DNA from: the human T2T-CHM13v2.0 reference genome, Homo sapiens
Assembly: GCF_009914755.1 (NCBI RefSeq)
Contig: NC_060927.1
Strand: one strand, 5' to 3'
DNA length: 64,000 nt
Within the stretch, counting starts at the first letter, position 1; the number at the start of each line of letters is the position of its first letter. The position numbers and the translations under genes were made by a program. Shown here in pieces: positions 59,090 through 64,000 of this stretch. The notes under the pieces were generated by a model. It made no database searches and had not been told where the DNA came from. It saw nothing but the letters and a program-made list of their open reading frames with translations.

Positions 59090-60289
59090 TTAGGAAATAA
59101 TTTTAATGCCAGCTAAGGTCAAACATGTATTTTAGCTTGAGTGTTATTAAAAGAAACAAATCCACACTAATTTCACAGTGTATGTTGCTTTGTTCCTTGT
59201 GAGGAGAGTCTAATCCCTAATCTTCTCATATAAAGAAAGTCTTAATTGCTTTATCATTTATAGACTATTTGTAGATCGATACATAATGAGTCATAAAAAG
59301 TAAAATAATTATGAGGAAATTTATTTCTGTTTGTGCAATGTTAGCAATAACTAATAAACTAATAAATATTTATCAATAAATAAATAAATAAATGATATTT
59401 ATCAAATATTATTTTAAAACAGTTGAATATATATTATATATAATTTTTTATATATAAAATATAATGTTTTATACATATTATATATGTTGTTTGAAGAAGG
59501 GCTGTATTTGGGAAATCTCTAGCAATTTTAATAAATAGAAACAAAAATGATATTACTAAAATTAAAATAAATATAAATTCATATCTGTAGACTTTTATTG
59601 AAAAGAACTTTCATATTTATTAGTTTGAAAAGAATAACATTTAAACATTTCCAATAATTATAATAGGTAGAAAGTTACAGAAGATTTGTTGACTTAACAA
59701 ATTTATGTCAAGAAAATTAAGACTATAACTAAAAATCAACCTCCACAATATTCCAGAAAAATAGTAAAGTATTCTTTTTTAAAAGGGTGACCTGCAGAAT
59801 GGAATAGAAGTTGTTATAGGTTTTCCATATCACTTAAAATGTATTGAAAATATAGTTAGTCTTTATAAATTTAAGTTATCCCTTTATTTTCTGACTTTAA
59901 ACTTGTACCAATTGATTGCACTGTTTGGAATCATAGTCTGTCTGCTAAAACAGAATTTCATAACAAGTGGTGGCTCATTGACTATTTCATTTGGGCCACT
60001 GGGTACTATTTATGAAGATTAAAATTAATGCTGCTAGAAAGGCTGGTTGTTTAATAATTACTACATCCCCTTGAGTCATATGATCAAATTCAAGATCTGT
60101 TAGGTATTTTTTCTAAAGTGTGTAGGTTGTACATCATTGTACAGTTTCTTGAAAAGGAAATTGAAAATGAAACATGGTTTTTTCCTTTGAAAATTCACAG
60201 ATGGAAAAATAAGAGAGTCATTATTAATATTTAAATATATAACTATATTATTTTAAAAACTTAAAAAGTAGCAATAAGTAAAATAAAGA

Positions 60290-60729
60290 TATTATGGCTG
60301 CTCAAACATTTGGCCAAACCTTATTCTGGCTATGTCTAAGAGACATATGCTTCTTGGTGAGATTAACTTTGAATCAATAGACTTAATACAACTCCCTTCC
60401 CAAATCTGGAAGGGCCTCACCTAATCAATTGAAGTCCTGGATAGAATAAAAAGGCTGAGTAGAGGAAACTCCTTTTACCTGGCTGCATAAACTGGAACAC
60501 TGTTCTTTCCCAACCTTCAGACTCAGTTAATCATTAGTTGTTGGGTCTCAAGCCTGGCAGCTTTCAGAACTGGAATTGGTACCATGAGCTTTCCTAGTTC
60601 TCAGGCCTGTGGACTTGAACTGGAACTACACGTTGGCTCTCCTGGGTCTCCAGCTTGTAGACTGCAGATCTCAGCACTTTTCAGTCCCCTCAGTTGCAAC
60701 AATTCCATATAATAAATCTCTCTCATATA

Positions 60730-60730
<1 letters not shown>
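60290..60730 (+). mobile_element. MLT2 (MLT2D-like) ERVL solo LTR
   Basis: gagattaactttgaatcaatagact...aataaaaaggctgagta...ggctctcctgggtctccagcttgtagactgcagatc...taataaatctc. Confidence 0.8.

Positions 60731-60731
<1 letters not shown>

Positions 60732-60762
<31 letters not shown>
60732..60762. repeat. (TG)15 microsatellite
   Basis: Read directly. Confidence 0.95.
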
Positions 60763-60763
<1 letters not shown>

Positions 60764-61209
60764 TTTGTAAATATATATAACAATAATATAACCTCCTGGC
60801 TGATACAGGAGGTTAGCAACCAAGGATTGTGTTGTTCAGGAAGATGAAACACTTTCCCCTAGAATGACTAGGTTATTTTAAAATTTATTTTTATGGTTTC
60901 CCTTCTTGCCACCTTTCTACCTCTTCCCTCTACCCTTTGCAGAATCAGGAAATTATTCATTGCTAATGTATCAATAAGCAGATAAGATTTTCTATAGAAA
61001 TGCAAAAGAAACCTGCCCCAAGAGAAGATCATGAATACAAGGAACGATATTTGGAAGTAGTTTTTGAAAAATAAGGAATGGCTCAGTTTAGCTGGAGATA
61101 TTGATAGAGAGTTCTATAATAATAACTTGGCATCTCATTGTGGAAGGCCTCATATACCAAACTAAGAGATTTACAATGCTGGATCATAATGAAAACTTCA
61201 AAATAAAAG

Positions 61210-61710
61210 GCATCAGTATGTCAAAGAGATACCTGCCCTCCCATCTTTATTGTAGCTTTATTCATAATAGCCTTAGTGTTCATCAATTAATTAATGGATA
61301 AAGAAAATGTGGTATACATACCAAATGGAATACTATTCAGCCTTTAAAAAGAGTGAAATTTTGTCATTTCTGACAACGTGAAAGAACCTTATGCTAAGTG
61401 AAATCAGCAAGGCACAGAAAGACAAATACCGCATATTCCCACTTTTAGGTGGAATCTAAAACAATTAAACTCAAATAAAAGCAGTCCGTAGAATAGTGGT
61501 TACCAGAGACTGGAAGGTAGAAGGAAGGAGTGAGATGCTTGTGAAAGAATACAAAGTTGTAGTTAAACAAGAGAAATAAATAATAAGTATTTAAGATGTT
61601 GGCTATGTTAATTAGCTTGATTCAATCATCCCACACTGTATACATATAGCATCACTATATACCCCATAATTACATGTAATTACAATTTGTCACAAAATTA
61701 AATTAAAGCA
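61210..61710 (+). mobile_element. L1MA 3' fragment
   Basis: ggataaagaaaatgtggtatacat...ggcacagaaagacaaataccgcat...tatgttaattagcttgatt. Confidence 0.85.
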
Positions 61711-61779
61711 CAATTTTAAAAGAGAAGCACTGATAGATAAGTGCTAGCAGTAAGAGCTAATGTTCTAGTGTGTAGTATA

Positions 61780-62078
61780 CAGTCTTCCCTCCATATCCAG
61801 AATTTCTACATCTGCAGATCAAAAATATCAAAAGAAAAAGAGGAAAAAAGAATAATACAATCATTAGATTTTAAAAACAATACAGTCAACCAATTCATGT
61901 TGTTCACATTGTATTAGCTGTTATAAGTAATCTAGAGATGATTTGAAGTAGACGAGAGGATAGGCATAGGTTTTATGCCAATGCTATGACATTTCATATA
62001 AAAATCTTCAGTATCCATGGATTTTGGTATCCACAGGGGTCCTGAAACCTATCCCCTGTGGATACTGAGGGATAACTG
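61780..62078 (-). mobile_element. MER2 (Tigger-type) DNA element
   Basis: ttataagtaatctagagatgattt...atccatggattttggtatcc...ggatactgagggataactg; TA flanks. Confidence 0.85.
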
Positions 62079-62079
62079 T

Positions 62080-62245
62080 ACTCAAAACCCTACTCAGCAC
62101 TTTATATGTTGTAATTTATTTAATCCTCCTGTTATATTAAAATGTTGCTATTTTCTATTTTACAGATGAGGAAACAGAGGCCCAAAAAGTTGAGCAACAT
62201 GCAAACCTCATACAATTAATTACTGGTAAAGCCAGTATTCAAGTA
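62080..62245 (-). mobile_element. MIR
   Basis: tttaatcctc...ttttacagatgaggaaacagaggccca. Confidence 0.75.
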
Positions 62246-62312
62246 AAAAGTGAAGAGTAACTAAATTCAGAAAAAAAAATCACAGACTTATTAGAAAGAT
62301 TTGGATGAGTTA

Positions 62313-62716
<404 letters not shown>

Positions 62717-62929
62717 TCAGTAAAATGGGTATAAAAGACAATAAAGTATGAAGATTCAAAATGTGTCGGAAAATCGTTACACCATTAGACAAAATGGAAA
62801 AACCATAACGTAGGAAAGAGAAGGCAGCAAATTTCATTTCAGACATTTATACTGGAAACAAGACACAATCTTTCTGTATATCAAAAGATAAAATAAAATT
62901 GTCTAAATTATTGAATTGACCATGGTTCA

Positions 62930-63330
62930 GTGTGACTGAGATTATTACTGTAAACCAAATATCCCCATAGTCCTCTAAATTCCCCAGTGGCATGCATCCT
63001 GGTTGAGTTACGTGACTAACTTACCAAAAGGATGTCAGCAAAATTGAGAGCGTTAATAGCAGGTGATTCCTCTCCCTGCTCTCATTCACATGAATGGAAA
63101 TGAAATAAACCTACAGGATGTTGTTGCAAGATGGAGGTGGACTGGATGACTGATTCAAATTTAGGAGCAGAGACCTGATGAGTGGCACCTTACAATGTTT
63201 TCTGATATGAGCGAGAAATAAAACTTTTATATGTTAAGAAATTTATTTTGATTTTGAATGTTTATTGTGATTTGGAGGTTTTATATGTCAAAATGTTTAT
63301 GGCAGCATAGCCTAACATCTTGACAAATAT
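62930..63330 (+). mobile_element. Old MLT1 (H/I/J-like) solo LTR
   Basis: atatgagcgagaaataaaactttta...tgttaag...gcagcatagcctaacatcttgacaaata. Confidence 0.6.
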
Positions 63331-63664
63331 GCACAACAACAAAAATGTCTAGGTTTGGGTTTTAACTCATATTAATTGTGAATTTTCTGACATCTTTGAT
63401 TTTTTTCTTTAAGAAATGGCATAAAATATTACTAATGTTAAAATCTAGTGAGCTAATAAATATGAATGTGTTTTGTAAGTCAAAACATCTATTTAAATAA
63501 AAATTATTTATATTTTGTTTATTGAATACCAATTAGAGATATTATTGTAAGTAACAAACATTATGGCTATCAGAATAAAAATAAGCAAATTGGGCTCTCA
63601 AAAAATTCATTACAGTCTATGAGAACTGTCTTGAAAATAAGCAGAATCCAGAATATCTCCAGAG

Positions 63665-63987
63665 CTGCACAGCTAATATGGCAACCAATAGCCATATGTG
63701 GCTATTGAACACTTAATATACAGATAGCTTAAATTGAAATGTGTTGTAAGTGTACAATGCACAACAGATTTTGAAGAATTGGTATAAAATGTAAAATAAC
63801 TCTAATAATTTTTATATTGATTGCCTGTTGTCATGAAGACATTTTGTACATATTGGGTTAAATTAGATTATTAAAATTAATGTCACCTGTTTCTTTTTAC
63901 TTTTTAAAATATGACTACTAGAAAAATTAAAATTACATAAGTAACTCATATTTATGGCTTTCATTACCTTTCCTTTGTAGAGTACTG
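63665..63987 (-). mobile_element. MER33
   Basis: agccatatgtggctattgaacactt...cacctgtttctttttactttttaa...actagaaaaattaaaattacata. Confidence 0.8.
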
Positions 63988-64000
63988 ATGTATGTCTTTC

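Overview
AT-rich primate genomic DNA. An L1PA2/3-type insert and AluY copies point to a hominoid, probably human; the locus could not be identified from sequence alone. No credible protein-coding exon, tRNA, rRNA or CpG island was found, and the listed ORFs are mostly Alu, L1, THE1 or LTR read-through, or chance frames. A large share of the window is transposon fossils: Alu J/S/Y and FLAM, L1PA/L1MA/L1MC/L1ME, L2, L3/CR1, MIR, two THE1 elements with internal sequence, solo LTRs (LTR22, MER31, MER34, MER39, MER77, MLT1, MLT2, LTR33) and DNA transposons (MER45A, MER33, Tigger3a, MER47A, MER2, MADE1). There is one truncated 7SK retrocopy (20671-20879, minus). Several repeat-free blocks dense in homeodomain/FOX/bHLH motifs look like developmental enhancers. 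The most unusual structure is a ~96% identical 131-bp inverted copy of an ancient MIR, inserted 522 bp upstream of its template inside an L2 and bounded by an 11-bp direct repeat. I do not see evidence for a new multi-gene system. Repeat names come from recalled consensus sequences, not a RepeatMasker run, so subfamily calls and the boundaries of old elements are approximate.
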